Shown: in pieces, positions 27,932 to 36,195 of the stretch
Layout of the letters: every line of letters starts with the position of its first letter
Position numbering within the stretch: position 1 is the first letter of the stretch
Source of the DNA: a virus
Taxonomy: Duplodnaviria > Caudoviricetes
Virus record (IMG/VR): IMGVR_UViG_3300042486_000183
Location: 1-40,323 of that record
DNA: 40,323 bases
Reading direction: 5' to 3' (one strand)
Position numbers and translations under genes: made by a program
Notes under the pieces: generated by a model
Told to the model about the DNA's origin: nothing
Seen by the model: only the letters and a program-made list of their open reading frames with translations
The model's database searches: none

Positions 27932-28849
27932 TTACTTGGATAGGATTAATTCTACTGCTTCGTGCGCTTTGGTAGATGCACTCATAATTAACTTAGGGTC
28001 AGACTTCAATTTGCTAATCCATCCGTTGATGTATGCTTGAGAATTTTTGACATCGTCGACGATTGCCTTAATGCCCGTGATAGCCTCTAAATATAGCGCG
28101 CCTAACTCAGCTACCAATTCCTCCTTACTATATTCATCAGAGCCAAAGTTTGCCGTCTTATCAAGGCGATTTAGTCTAGACTCGTGACCCGTAGAGTGTA
28201 TAGCCTCGTGAAAGAATACCTTGTAATAGTCCCCGTTAGATTTCCATTGCTCGGTAGTCTTTGCGGGCATATGGATGTAGTCACCGCTCGGTGAATAGTA
28301 AGCGCGACCTTGACCGCTATGCTTAAGTGTTACCTCCTTGCACCACGCCTCAAGGATAGCTTCAGCGTGTGCATCCGCCTCGAGTTCTGTAACCTCGATA
28401 GGTTGCGCGGGAGTGTCTATGGGCAAAGTCGTTTGAGAGATAGAAAACACCTTGAAAGTCTGTAGGAAAAACGCTTTCTTAGCTTGCTTTTGTAGGTGTG
28501 CGGGTACATCTTCTAAACGTGCAAAATAATTGATCTTGCCCGCGATTTCTACCGCGAAGTTGACCTTCCATAGGTATACATCCGTGGACTTTTCGCCCTT
28601 GTTAACCCTTGCATCCAACTTGCTTACCTGATTGAAAGTAAACCATTTATTTACCCATCCGTTTTCGATTGCCTTAGCTGATAGGATGAACTGATTAACA
28701 CCGCGGTAAGCCTTACCTTGGGAGTTGATAGCGTTCCATTGATTGGTTACGCTATCCTTGAAAGGTTTAAACCATTGTAAGCCTTTAGTCTGTAAGCCTT
28801 CGATGATTGTATTATTGATTTGGTCGATTAATTCTGCTTGAGTTGCCAT
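27932..28849 (-). CDS. ardC: ArdC-like ssDNA-binding antirestriction protein with zincin-like domain
   Basis: WFKPF...YRGVNQ...WFTFNQ...KGEKS; AYYSPSGDYIHMP...FHEAIHSTGH..RL.R...FGS..YS.EELVAELGA...NS.AYI.GW. Confidence 0.9.
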   Translation of the reverse strand: MATQAELIDQINNTIIEGLQTKGLQWFKPFKDSVTNQWNAINSQGKAYRGVNQFILSAKAIENGWVNKWFTFNQVSKLDARVNKGEKSTDVYLWKVNFAVEIAGKINYFARLEDVPAHLQKQAKKAFFLQTFKVFSISQTTLPIDTPAQPIEVTELEADAHAEAILEAWCKEVTLKHSGQGRAYYSPSGDYIHMPAKTTEQWKSNGDYYKVFFHEAIHSTGHESRLNRLDKTANFGSDEYSKEELVAELGALYLEAITGIKAIVDDVKNSQAYINGWISKLKSDPKLIMSASTKAHEAVELILSK

Positions 28850-28860
28850 AAGTTTGTGAA

Positions 28861-28886
28861 GCGGTTGCCTATACACCGCAAGGTTT
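28861..28886 (-). repeat. Pre-start hairpin/pseudoknot element, copy 2
   Basis: Identical 26-mer to copy 3, 11 nt before the ardC ATG. Confidence 0.85.
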
Positions 28887-28900
28887 TGATAGTTGAATAA

Positions 28901-29023
28901 TTACATTAATGGTAAAAGAAAAGCGCAAAGGATTGCGATTGCTATGGCGGTGATTAGTTCGCCCTTGTCTTGAGCCGCCTCTTCCCCTAGGAAGTAAACG
29001 ATTACTTTGTTTAATGATTTCAT
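28901..29023 (-). CDS. Small membrane protein, 40 aa (not in ORF track)
   Basis: MKSLNKVIVYFLGEEAAQDKGELITAIAIAILCAFLLPLM; preceded by the repeat element like its neighbours. Confidence 0.65.
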   Translation of the reverse strand: MKSLNKVIVYFLGEEAAQDKGELITAIAIAILCAFLLPLM

Positions 29024-29035
29024 AAGAATTTTGTC

Positions 29036-29056
29036 GCGGTTACCTACACCGCAAGG
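29036..29056 (-). repeat. Pre-start hairpin/pseudoknot element, copy 1
   Basis: CCTTGCGGTGTAGGTAACCGC, 12 nt before the ATG at 29023. Confidence 0.8.
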
Positions 29057-29071
29057 ATAGTTGAATAATAG

Positions 29072-29113
29072 AACCTAGGAGGGAATCGAACCCTCCGTGC
29101 TCCAAGCTAGGTT
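29072..29113 (-). ncRNA. Minimal tRNA-like element (acceptor stem + T arm, 42 nt)
   Basis: AACCTAG-CTTGGAGCACG-GAGGG-TTCGATT-CCCTC-CTAGGTT. Confidence 0.75.
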
Positions 29114-29318
29114 AGAATAAGTCTACATTCTCAAGGTCTGCATCCTCCATAATGGTGGTTACAACGTGCAGTTCTAGGTGGTCTTTCTTCTTGACTGATA
29201 TGAGTGCATCAAGGTATGCTCTATCTAGGCAATACGTTGGGTCAGCGTTCTCATAAAATTTCATTTCGTAAAGGTCTAGTGTACGATTGTTTTGGTCAGC
29301 GATGTGATATACTTTCAT
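29112..29318 (-). CDS. First early gene, hypothetical, 68 aa
   Basis: ATG after an A-rich leader, downstream of the early promoter. Confidence 0.65.
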   Translation of the reverse strand: MKVYHIADQNNRTLDLYEMKFYENADPTYCLDRAYLDALISVKKKDHLELHVVTTIMEDADLENVDLF

Positions 29319-29339
29319 AATGTGTTTGATTTAAGTTAG

Positions 29340-29392
29340 TGACTAGGAAGACTTGCGAAGCCTTGCCACATCCCTTACGCTTGGGCTAGTCA
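29340..29392 (-). ncRNA. Degenerate tRNA-like element (53 nt)
   Basis: TGACTAG/CTAGTCA 7-bp stem enclosing CCC-AAGCGTAA-GGG and AAGGC-TTCGCAA-GTCTT. Confidence 0.5.
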
Positions 29393-29485
29393 TTTGATTA
29401 CATTAACACCCATCTCACCGAGTGTATCGCATTGGCGTCTCTCGAACGTCGCACCATTGAAGGTGTCACAATGCTTATTCCGTTA

Positions 29486-29497
29486 TTTCAAAGAACA
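29486..29497 (-). promoter_or_regulatory. boxA-like antitermination site
   Basis: TGTTCTTTGAAA in the early leader, similar to the rrn/nut boxA consensus. Confidence 0.5.
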
Positions 29498-29605
29498 TTC
29501 CCCAATGCTAGGGTTTGCAACTAACCACTACTGAGCCAATTCGTGCGTTCGTGGGATTTTTCAATCTAGTAGATTATCTCTTTTCGTTTGTCTCGTTCGA
29601 CATTA

Positions 29606-29635
29606 CAAAGGTATACTAAACTTTTTGTTTTACAA
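29606..29635 (-). promoter_or_regulatory. Major early Bacteroidota sigma70-type promoter
   Basis: TTG-N19-TACCTTTG on the - strand at the head of the early block. Confidence 0.75.
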
Positions 29636-30314
29636 TAGGGGACATTTAAAATAAGTCTGATATGCGACGAAATCCAAGAATGTGTCGACGAAATCCCCAT
29701 TTTCTTAGAATAATACAACGAAAATATACCGTTTTTGCACTTTATCAAGAAACTCCCCTTTATATACTATAGGAATAGCGCATAAAATCGGTAATAGATT
29801 ACTGAAATTGCGTGTAATCGATTATCTGCCTCAGGGCTTATAGAATGGACATTTGAGGGGGTAAAATGTCTTAAATCAAAGATATGACCCCTTAAAACGA
29901 ATGCTAGTAAAATGGGGTGTTTTTTCTTAGGGTCGATGTGTGGCGGATAATTCCCTTAGGACAAACACGCCCTTGATTTAATCCTTTGGGCATTTATTCC
30001 CTTACATAGTTTCCTTTCCTTGCAACACTATTGCATTTATTCCCTTGGTCGGTGACAATCGGAAAGATAATACCGATGATAGTGAACATTGTACCGAAGG
30101 GATACATTGGAAAAAGTTTATTGTACCACATAGATACATTGACCCGAATTTCGGAATTTGGATTTGGGAAAGTGACCCCACCCAGTTGTCATTTGTCGTT
30201 TGTCGTTTGGTGCGACGACCTCGTGTATAATATATATAACCCTCAACAAACAACTACACGCTACAAAAACTGCGTTTAAAGCAAACTGACCGACGAAGCA
30301 TATGATACTAATTA

Positions 30315-30345
30315 TTGGATATGTAACCTTATCTATCTATCTTTA
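30315..30345 (+). promoter_or_regulatory. Possible promoter of the packaging operon
   Basis: TTG-N20-TATCTTTA, one mismatch to TAnnTTTG. Confidence 0.45.
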
Positions 30346-30371
30346 CCTTTACAAACCAAACAAACATTTTA

Positions 30372-31016
30372 ATGCTTACTTACGATATTAAAAAATCGCC
30401 ACCAAATACTGTTGTGGTTGAGGTTGGTGCTTCAATGGATGACACTGTCCAATACGGTAATTTAAAGCTTCATATAGACCCTGAATTTAATCCTACGCAG
30501 TATGCTAGAATCTATGGTCGCGTAATAGCTGTGCCAGAAGGAAAGGCTTACAACGAGGAGTCTTTTGAGATAGAGAAAGAAGTGCAGGTTGGGGACATTA
30601 TTTACTTTCATTACTTAACTACATCCGATGAAACGAACTGTATCTACGGCAACTATTATAAAGTACCTTATTATTGGATATTTTGTGTCGTTAGGAGTGG
30701 TAATATATTACCTGTTGGTGGCTGGACTTTATGTGAAACGGTGGTTGAGGAAGATTTCAATCAAGTTGAAGTTGATGGTCAGAAAATTGAAGCTATAACA
30801 TCGGCATCTGGACTAGTAATTGGTATCAATAAAAAGCCATCAACTAAGTTCGCTCGATTGTCTCACATTGGTCGACCATTAATTGGAGAAGATGAGTTAA
30901 AAATAAGCCGAGGTGCGCTAGTAATCTTGAATAAAAACTCAAACTTTAAGAACACCATCGAGGGAAAAGAGTACTATACAGTGCGTCAGGCGGATATTTT
31001 ATGTTCTAAAGACTAG
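30372..31016 (+). CDS. Tandem-domain GroES-like co-chaperonin
   Basis: YGRVIAVP...EVQVGDIIYF and ITSASGLVI...IEGKEYYTVRQADIL look like two cpn10-like units. Confidence 0.7.
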   Translation: MLTYDIKKSPPNTVVVEVGASMDDTVQYGNLKLHIDPEFNPTQYARIYGRVIAVPEGKAYNEESFEIEKEVQVGDIIYFHYLTTSDETNCIYGNYYKVPYYWIFCVVRSGNILPVGGWTLCETVVEEDFNQVEVDGQKIEAITSASGLVIGINKKPSTKFARLSHIGRPLIGEDELKISRGALVILNKNSNFKNTIEGKEYYTVRQADILCSKD

Positions 31017-31025
31017 CTACCCCTA

Positions 31026-31150
31026 TGCCCCTGTAGGGACATACCCCTCTGTCCCTAGAAGGACATACCCTATGCCCCTGTGGGGACATACCTCTGCCCC
31101 TAGAAGGGCACATAATATATAATATAATAAATAAGATTAATATATACTAT
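31026..31150. repeat. Second iteron array (four 16-bp palindromic units) plus AT-rich tract, intergenic
   Basis: Units at 31026-31041, 31050-31065, 31073-31088 and 31095-31110 match the initiator-gene iterons; AT-rich tract 31112-31150. Confidence 0.85.
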
Positions 31151-31294
31151 TTTGCGGAGCCTAAAGGCTATCCAATATTGCAACAAAAAGAAGAAGCTTG
31201 CTTCTCTTAATTGATAAAAAAAGAAAAAGAATTGGGGCGCCGCGCCGCCGCCGAGTTTCAATACCACGTAACATATAGTAGGAGCATAACAGAT

Positions 31295-31855
31295 ATGGCA
31301 TTATTTAATAAAGAAGATTTCTCAGATTTAGCAATACCTATCTATGATAGCAACCTTGCTAAAAATCCAATTATCAAACAGGTATTTGGCAACCCACCCA
31401 GTTCGGATATTCCAATCCTTATTTACGTTGCACTCATATACGACCAAAAGAGTCCACTGCGATTAAAGATATCTAACATACAGGAGCGTAAGGAGGAGGC
31501 TGCTGAAATGGCGGGTATTAAAACAGATACAGCTGATATCTTTGATTTAAGAGACAATAATATCCTTGGCTATATAAACTCCTATCTGCGCCATCAATCG
31601 TCCAAGGTGTGGTCAGTATTAGCCGCTAACGAAGAAGTGTTGTGGCAGTACCAGCAAGAGTTATTAACTCCTATCAAGGATTTTAAAAATGACAAAGATA
31701 AACTGCAAGCACTTGAAATTAAAACCAAGTTGATGCAGGAGTGTGATGCTATCATTAAAAGAATAGATGCCTACGAAGATAAGCTCTTTGGCGATACTAA
31801 AGAGAAGAAGAGTGAGATTCTTAACCTAACGCCTGAAGCAATAGCAAATGTATAG
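31295..31855 (+). CDS. Putative terminase small subunit
   Basis: Overlaps the TerL start; helical/coiled-coil. ATG at 31295 is preferred to the TTG at 31211. Function inferred from position. Confidence 0.5.
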   Translation: MALFNKEDFSDLAIPIYDSNLAKNPIIKQVFGNPPSSDIPILIYVALIYDQKSPLRLKISNIQERKEEAAEMAGIKTDTADIFDLRDNNILGYINSYLRHQSSKVWSVLAANEEVLWQYQQELLTPIKDFKNDKDKLQALEIKTKLMQECDAIIKRIDAYEDKLFGDTKEKKSEILNLTPEAIANV

Positions 31856-33857
31856 GAAGCATCTAAAAGGAAAGGAGTACGAGATAAATGGTATCAAGGT
31901 AAACATCCCGCCAAATGGTTATGTTTATAATATTATAACTAACCAATGGGAGAAGCGCGAGATAATGTCTCGTTCTGTTAAGAAAGACTACCAGTACTGG
32001 GAGAGACCCGAGCCGCCTAAAGACTACGAAACAAAACGTAAGAAAGAGATTGCGGCTCAAAAGTCAAGTCCAGGATATTATAATCCTGAGTTGCAAGAAT
32101 ACCGCAACCAAGAATGGGACAGACGTCTTAATGGATTCTGGTTCTACAACAACGGTCACGCTACTTATATAACAGGCTTACATTATTTCTACTTGGTGCA
32201 TTGGAAACTTGACGTAGGGTATCCTTCTTTCAGGATGACTGACAGAGACTTCTTTATGTTCTTAGAGTACTGCGTACAAGACCCTAACTGCTTAGGAATG
32301 GTCGAGGTCACTAAGCGCCGACAAGGAAAGACTATGAGAGCAGGTGCATTCCTTTTTGAATTAACATCTCGAAGCAAGAACAAGAACGCGGGTATTCAAT
32401 CTAAGACATTTGAGGATGCTAAGGAGAATGTATTTGCCAAAGGAGTGGTGATGCCATTTAAATACCTACCCGATTTCTTTGTTCCGATTTACGATACGGA
32501 AAAGGGTATGACTCCTAAAGGAGAGCTTCGTTTCTTTAAGACTAATAAGCGAGGCAAGGATGATGATGTTTTTGCAGAAAAGATTGAGCTAGAATCTTCT
32601 ATTACATTTAAGTCTGCGGATAAGTTTGCTTACGACGGTATGAAGCTCCACAGATACTTAGGAGACGAGGCAGGTAAGACAAAGAACGTTGACGTGTACG
32701 ACAGACATCAAGTCTTACAGTTCTGTCTCCAGCAGGAAGAGAATATTATTGGCAAAGCCTTATACACCACTACCGTCGAGGAGATGGAGGACGGAGGAGA
32801 ATCCTTTAAGATGTTATGGGACGCTTCTAATCAAAACGAGAAGAATAAGAACGGCAGAACACGTTCTGGGTTGTACCAGTACTTTATGCCTGCTTACAAG
32901 ACATTGTTCTATGACAAGTTTGGTCAAGCTGACGAAGAAAAGGCAAAAGAATTTTACTTAGCAGAACGTGCTGCTTTAGAGATGGACCCGCGCGCATTGG
33001 CTTCTTTTATACGCAAGAACCCTTTTACAATAGGTGAGGCATTCTTTAGTGAGGCAGAGACTTGTTTGTATGATGCGATGGCATTGAACAGACAGATGGA
33101 ATCTATATCGTGGATTGCTGAAAAAGATTTATATTTGCGTGGAGAATTTGTTTGGGAAAAAGCAGAGCGTGACAGTAGAGTTGTTTTTAACGAGACGTCT
33201 AATGGAAAGTTCTTAGTTCATAAGAAGCTTAACATATACGACTACGCTAACTTTAACCAAGTAGAGGAGTATGGCAGCAGAAAGGTGCCAAAAGAAAGTA
33301 AGAAGTACGCGATAGCAGTTGACCCCTTTGACCATAGCATTACAACAAGTAAGGAGCGGTCAGATGGTGCGTGTTATGTGTACAGGAGATATGATGCGGT
33401 AGATGAGTTTAGTGAGACATTCTTAGTTGAATATCTTAACAGACCCGAGAAAGCTGAGATATTCTACGAGGATATGATTAAGCTTTGTCATTTCTTTGGA
33501 TGCGAGATATTGTCCGAGGATAACAAGGTTGGATTGATTAAGTACTTTGAGTACAGGGGATATGAGAAATTTTTAGTTAAATTACCTGGTGCAAATAAGT
33601 ATGGAATCTCTGCAACAGTTAAGACGCACCAGCAGATTGCAGAAGTTACAGAAAGTTATATTACAGAGAACGTAGAAAAGGTTATCTTTATGCGATTATT
33701 AAAAGACTGGTTAACTTTTGATATTAATAAGACAACCAAGTTTGACGCCGCGATGGCATCTGGTTACACATTAATACAGGCTAACAAGTCTAAATTTAGT
33801 GAAAGAGTAGAGCAAAAACAGAAAATATACGATATAAGGGAGATATTCCCATTTTAA
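31848..33857 (+). CDS. terL: Terminase large subunit
   Basis: VTKRRQGKT (Walker A), YLGDEAGK (Walker B), AVDPFD nuclease Asp, C-terminal FDAAMASG. Confidence 0.93.
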   Translation: MYRKHLKGKEYEINGIKVNIPPNGYVYNIITNQWEKREIMSRSVKKDYQYWERPEPPKDYETKRKKEIAAQKSSPGYYNPELQEYRNQEWDRRLNGFWFYNNGHATYITGLHYFYLVHWKLDVGYPSFRMTDRDFFMFLEYCVQDPNCLGMVEVTKRRQGKTMRAGAFLFELTSRSKNKNAGIQSKTFEDAKENVFAKGVVMPFKYLPDFFVPIYDTEKGMTPKGELRFFKTNKRGKDDDVFAEKIELESSITFKSADKFAYDGMKLHRYLGDEAGKTKNVDVYDRHQVLQFCLQQEENIIGKALYTTTVEEMEDGGESFKMLWDASNQNEKNKNGRTRSGLYQYFMPAYKTLFYDKFGQADEEKAKEFYLAERAALEMDPRALASFIRKNPFTIGEAFFSEAETCLYDAMALNRQMESISWIAEKDLYLRGEFVWEKAERDSRVVFNETSNGKFLVHKKLNIYDYANFNQVEEYGSRKVPKESKKYAIAVDPFDHSITTSKERSDGACYVYRRYDAVDEFSETFLVEYLNRPEKAEIFYEDMIKLCHFFGCEILSEDNKVGLIKYFEYRGYEKFLVKLPGANKYGISATVKTHQQIAEVTESYITENVEKVIFMRLLKDWLTFDINKTTKFDAAMASGYTLIQANKSKFSERVEQKQKIYDIREIFPF

Positions 33858-33860
33858 GCT

Positions 33861-36155
33861 ATGATGGAACAAGATGTACCAAAGAATATGGACTTCCCAA
33901 GTCATTTAATCGAGACTGAGAAGAAAGACAAGAACTGGATTTCACAATACATTAAAGCTGCGTGGCGAGACTTTGGAACCTATTACCCTAATCAATTATA
34001 CAATGGTCGCGAAAACTATCATGAAATCAAGCTTTATATGCTTGGTAAACAATCTATTAGCAGATATAAGAAGTTGGTTAACCCATCGTCCACTGCTAAT
34101 GAAGACCAGTCAACAGCTAACATAAGCTGGGACATCCTTCCTATTATCCCTAAGTTCCGTCGTATTGCTCTTGCTACATTAATGAAGTCTGACTTCAATA
34201 TCTCTGTAGATGCAATTGACCCTATCGCACAAGACGATAAAAATAAATTCTACGCAGATAACGCTGCGAAGTTAATCCTTAAAGAAGAGTTTGAGAAGCA
34301 AGGTGTTGACCCATCGTTGATTCCTGAAGCCGATGTTGACGCAGCTAATCTTCAGGAGCTTGATATGTATATGAATTACTCATATAAGCATAGAATGGCT
34401 ATTGAGATGGAGCAAGCTATTGACCTTGTGTTAAATATGAATAGCTTTCCACAGGAACGCGCTCAAGTTATAGAAGACCTTCACGACTTTGGTATTGCTG
34501 GATACAGAGAATACTTTGACGCTGCGGGAAATATTAAACTTCGTCGCGTAAATCCTTCTAATATGGTTATGTCTTATACGACTAATCCATCATTTAAGGA
34601 CGTTCAGTATATGGGCGAGGTAGTAGAGATGACAATCGCTGACTTAAAAGAACTAGCTGGCGACCAGATTACTGCTGAGCAGTATGAAATGATTGCAACT
34701 AAGTACACTAACAAGATGGGTAATCCAACGTTAGTTAAGAACACTGGTTTTAATCAAACTCGTAACTACGATGGTTTCCGTATTTCAGTATTAGATATTG
34801 AGTTCTACTCTGTTAATAGCTTAATCTTAGAAGAACGTGTTAACTCAAAAGGCAACACAGTTGTAGGTCGTGCTTCCAAGGTTAAAGGGAATCGCAAAGA
34901 TAAGAAATATTCTAAGACAGACTATAAGGTAGTTTACCAAGGTAAGTGGATTGTTGACAGCGATGTATTCTTTGACTGCAAGTTAGCTACAAATATGAAG
35001 CGCGCTAAGTCAGATTTGACTAATACGTCTTTGTCTTACCACGTTGTGGCGCCTAACATCTATCAGATGGTTACTTACTCGTTAGGTAGTCAAATGAAAG
35101 CTATTGCTGACCAGATTCAGTTAGCGTGGTACAAGCTACAGAATGTGATGCTACGCGCACGTCCTCGTGGTATTATGATTGAAATTGGTGCGTTAGAAAG
35201 TGTGCCTATTGGTAAGGGTGGTAAAGCTCTTAAGCCAATGGAAATCATTGACCTATACAACCAGACAGGTAACTTAGTTTACCGTAGATTGTCTGATGAA
35301 GGTAATGCTAGTAACTATAAGCCTATTGAAGAGCTTGATAACGGTATTGGTAATGAAGCGGTACAATACTTCAACATTATTACTAATAATATCCAGTTAC
35401 TTCGCGACATTTTAGGATTTAATGAGATTACTGACGGTTCAACACCTGACCCACGTACATTAAATGGTGTGGCGAAGTACGCGTCTGAATCTACTAACAA
35501 CTCTTTAGACTTTATTAAACGTGCTGAAAGAGAGTTGCTAGAGAAGTTGTGCTACAACTTAACACTTCGCATTCAAGATTCTGTAGAGAATGGTGGTATT
35601 GAAGGATATATTAGAGCATTAGGTAGTTCATCGGTTCAATTCTTTAAATTAGACCCTAACACAAGTGCACACGAGTGCGGATTGGTTGTTTCTCAGAAAC
35701 CAACAGAGTTTGAGAAAGAAAAACTTGCACAAAGGGTAAACTTAGCAATTCAATCTGGACAAATTACTTTGGCAGACGCAATTATGCTAGAGAACCTTGA
35801 AAATATGAAGTATGCTGAGGTAATGCTTGCATACAAGATTAAGCAGAACGAGGAGGATAAGCAGAAGAAAGCAGTTGAAATGCAGCAGATGAATGGACAA
35901 ATTCAAATGCAATCAGCTCAGGCAGCAGAGCAGGCTAAACAGCAGACTATTCAAGTACAAACTGCAGCCGAGTTGCAGGTAATGGAGAGAAAAGCGCAGC
36001 TAGATGCCCAAATATTAGCAATGAAGTTGCAGAATGAGGCAACAATTGAGCAAGGTAAAATTGAGGGCAAAATTAATACGGCTAAGATTGAGGCAGACAG
36101 CCGAGAGTATATTGCCCAGATTAAGAAGAGCGAAAAAGCAGTTGGAAATAAGTAG
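33861..36155 (+). CDS. Portal protein
   Basis: 764 aa directly after TerL; ISWDILPIIPKF, ILGFNEITDGS.PDP motifs; Q-rich coiled-coil tail. Confidence 0.85.
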   Translation: MMEQDVPKNMDFPSHLIETEKKDKNWISQYIKAAWRDFGTYYPNQLYNGRENYHEIKLYMLGKQSISRYKKLVNPSSTANEDQSTANISWDILPIIPKFRRIALATLMKSDFNISVDAIDPIAQDDKNKFYADNAAKLILKEEFEKQGVDPSLIPEADVDAANLQELDMYMNYSYKHRMAIEMEQAIDLVLNMNSFPQERAQVIEDLHDFGIAGYREYFDAAGNIKLRRVNPSNMVMSYTTNPSFKDVQYMGEVVEMTIADLKELAGDQITAEQYEMIATKYTNKMGNPTLVKNTGFNQTRNYDGFRISVLDIEFYSVNSLILEERVNSKGNTVVGRASKVKGNRKDKKYSKTDYKVVYQGKWIVDSDVFFDCKLATNMKRAKSDLTNTSLSYHVVAPNIYQMVTYSLGSQMKAIADQIQLAWYKLQNVMLRARPRGIMIEIGALESVPIGKGGKALKPMEIIDLYNQTGNLVYRRLSDEGNASNYKPIEELDNGIGNEAVQYFNIITNNIQLLRDILGFNEITDGSTPDPRTLNGVAKYASESTNNSLDFIKRAERELLEKLCYNLTLRIQDSVENGGIEGYIRALGSSSVQFFKLDPNTSAHECGLVVSQKPTEFEKEKLAQRVNLAIQSGQITLADAIMLENLENMKYAEVMLAYKIKQNEEDKQKKAVEMQQMNGQIQMQSAQAAEQAKQQTIQVQTAAELQVMERKAQLDAQILAMKLQNEATIEQGKIEGKINTAKIEADSREYIAQIKKSEKAVGNK

Positions 36156-36173
36156 TAATAGTTTATACATTTG
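36142..36173 (+). promoter_or_regulatory. Promoter for scaffold/capsid genes
   Basis: TTG-N21-TACATTTG. Confidence 0.6.
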
Positions 36174-36195
36174 CATAACCAAACAATAAAATAAT

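Noticed and set aside
27886-28876. Two track ORFs sharing the N-terminus MYRQPL (possible shared signal peptide)
   Set aside because: Artefact of a GTG inside the repeated element. Better ATG starts are at 27885 and 28849, and the other two copies do not conserve this peptide.
27576-29056. Repeated hairpins as intrinsic terminators or integron attC sites
   Set aside because: No U-tract on the coding strand, too short for attC, and no integrase in the window.
29566-30279. Short track ORFs in the strand-switch gap
   Set aside because: Mutually overlapping, atypical composition, and crossing promoter or repeat elements; likely non-coding.
31026-31110. CRISPR-like array
   Set aside because: Linkers are only 6-8 nt and similar to each other, the units match the initiator iterons, and there are no cas genes.
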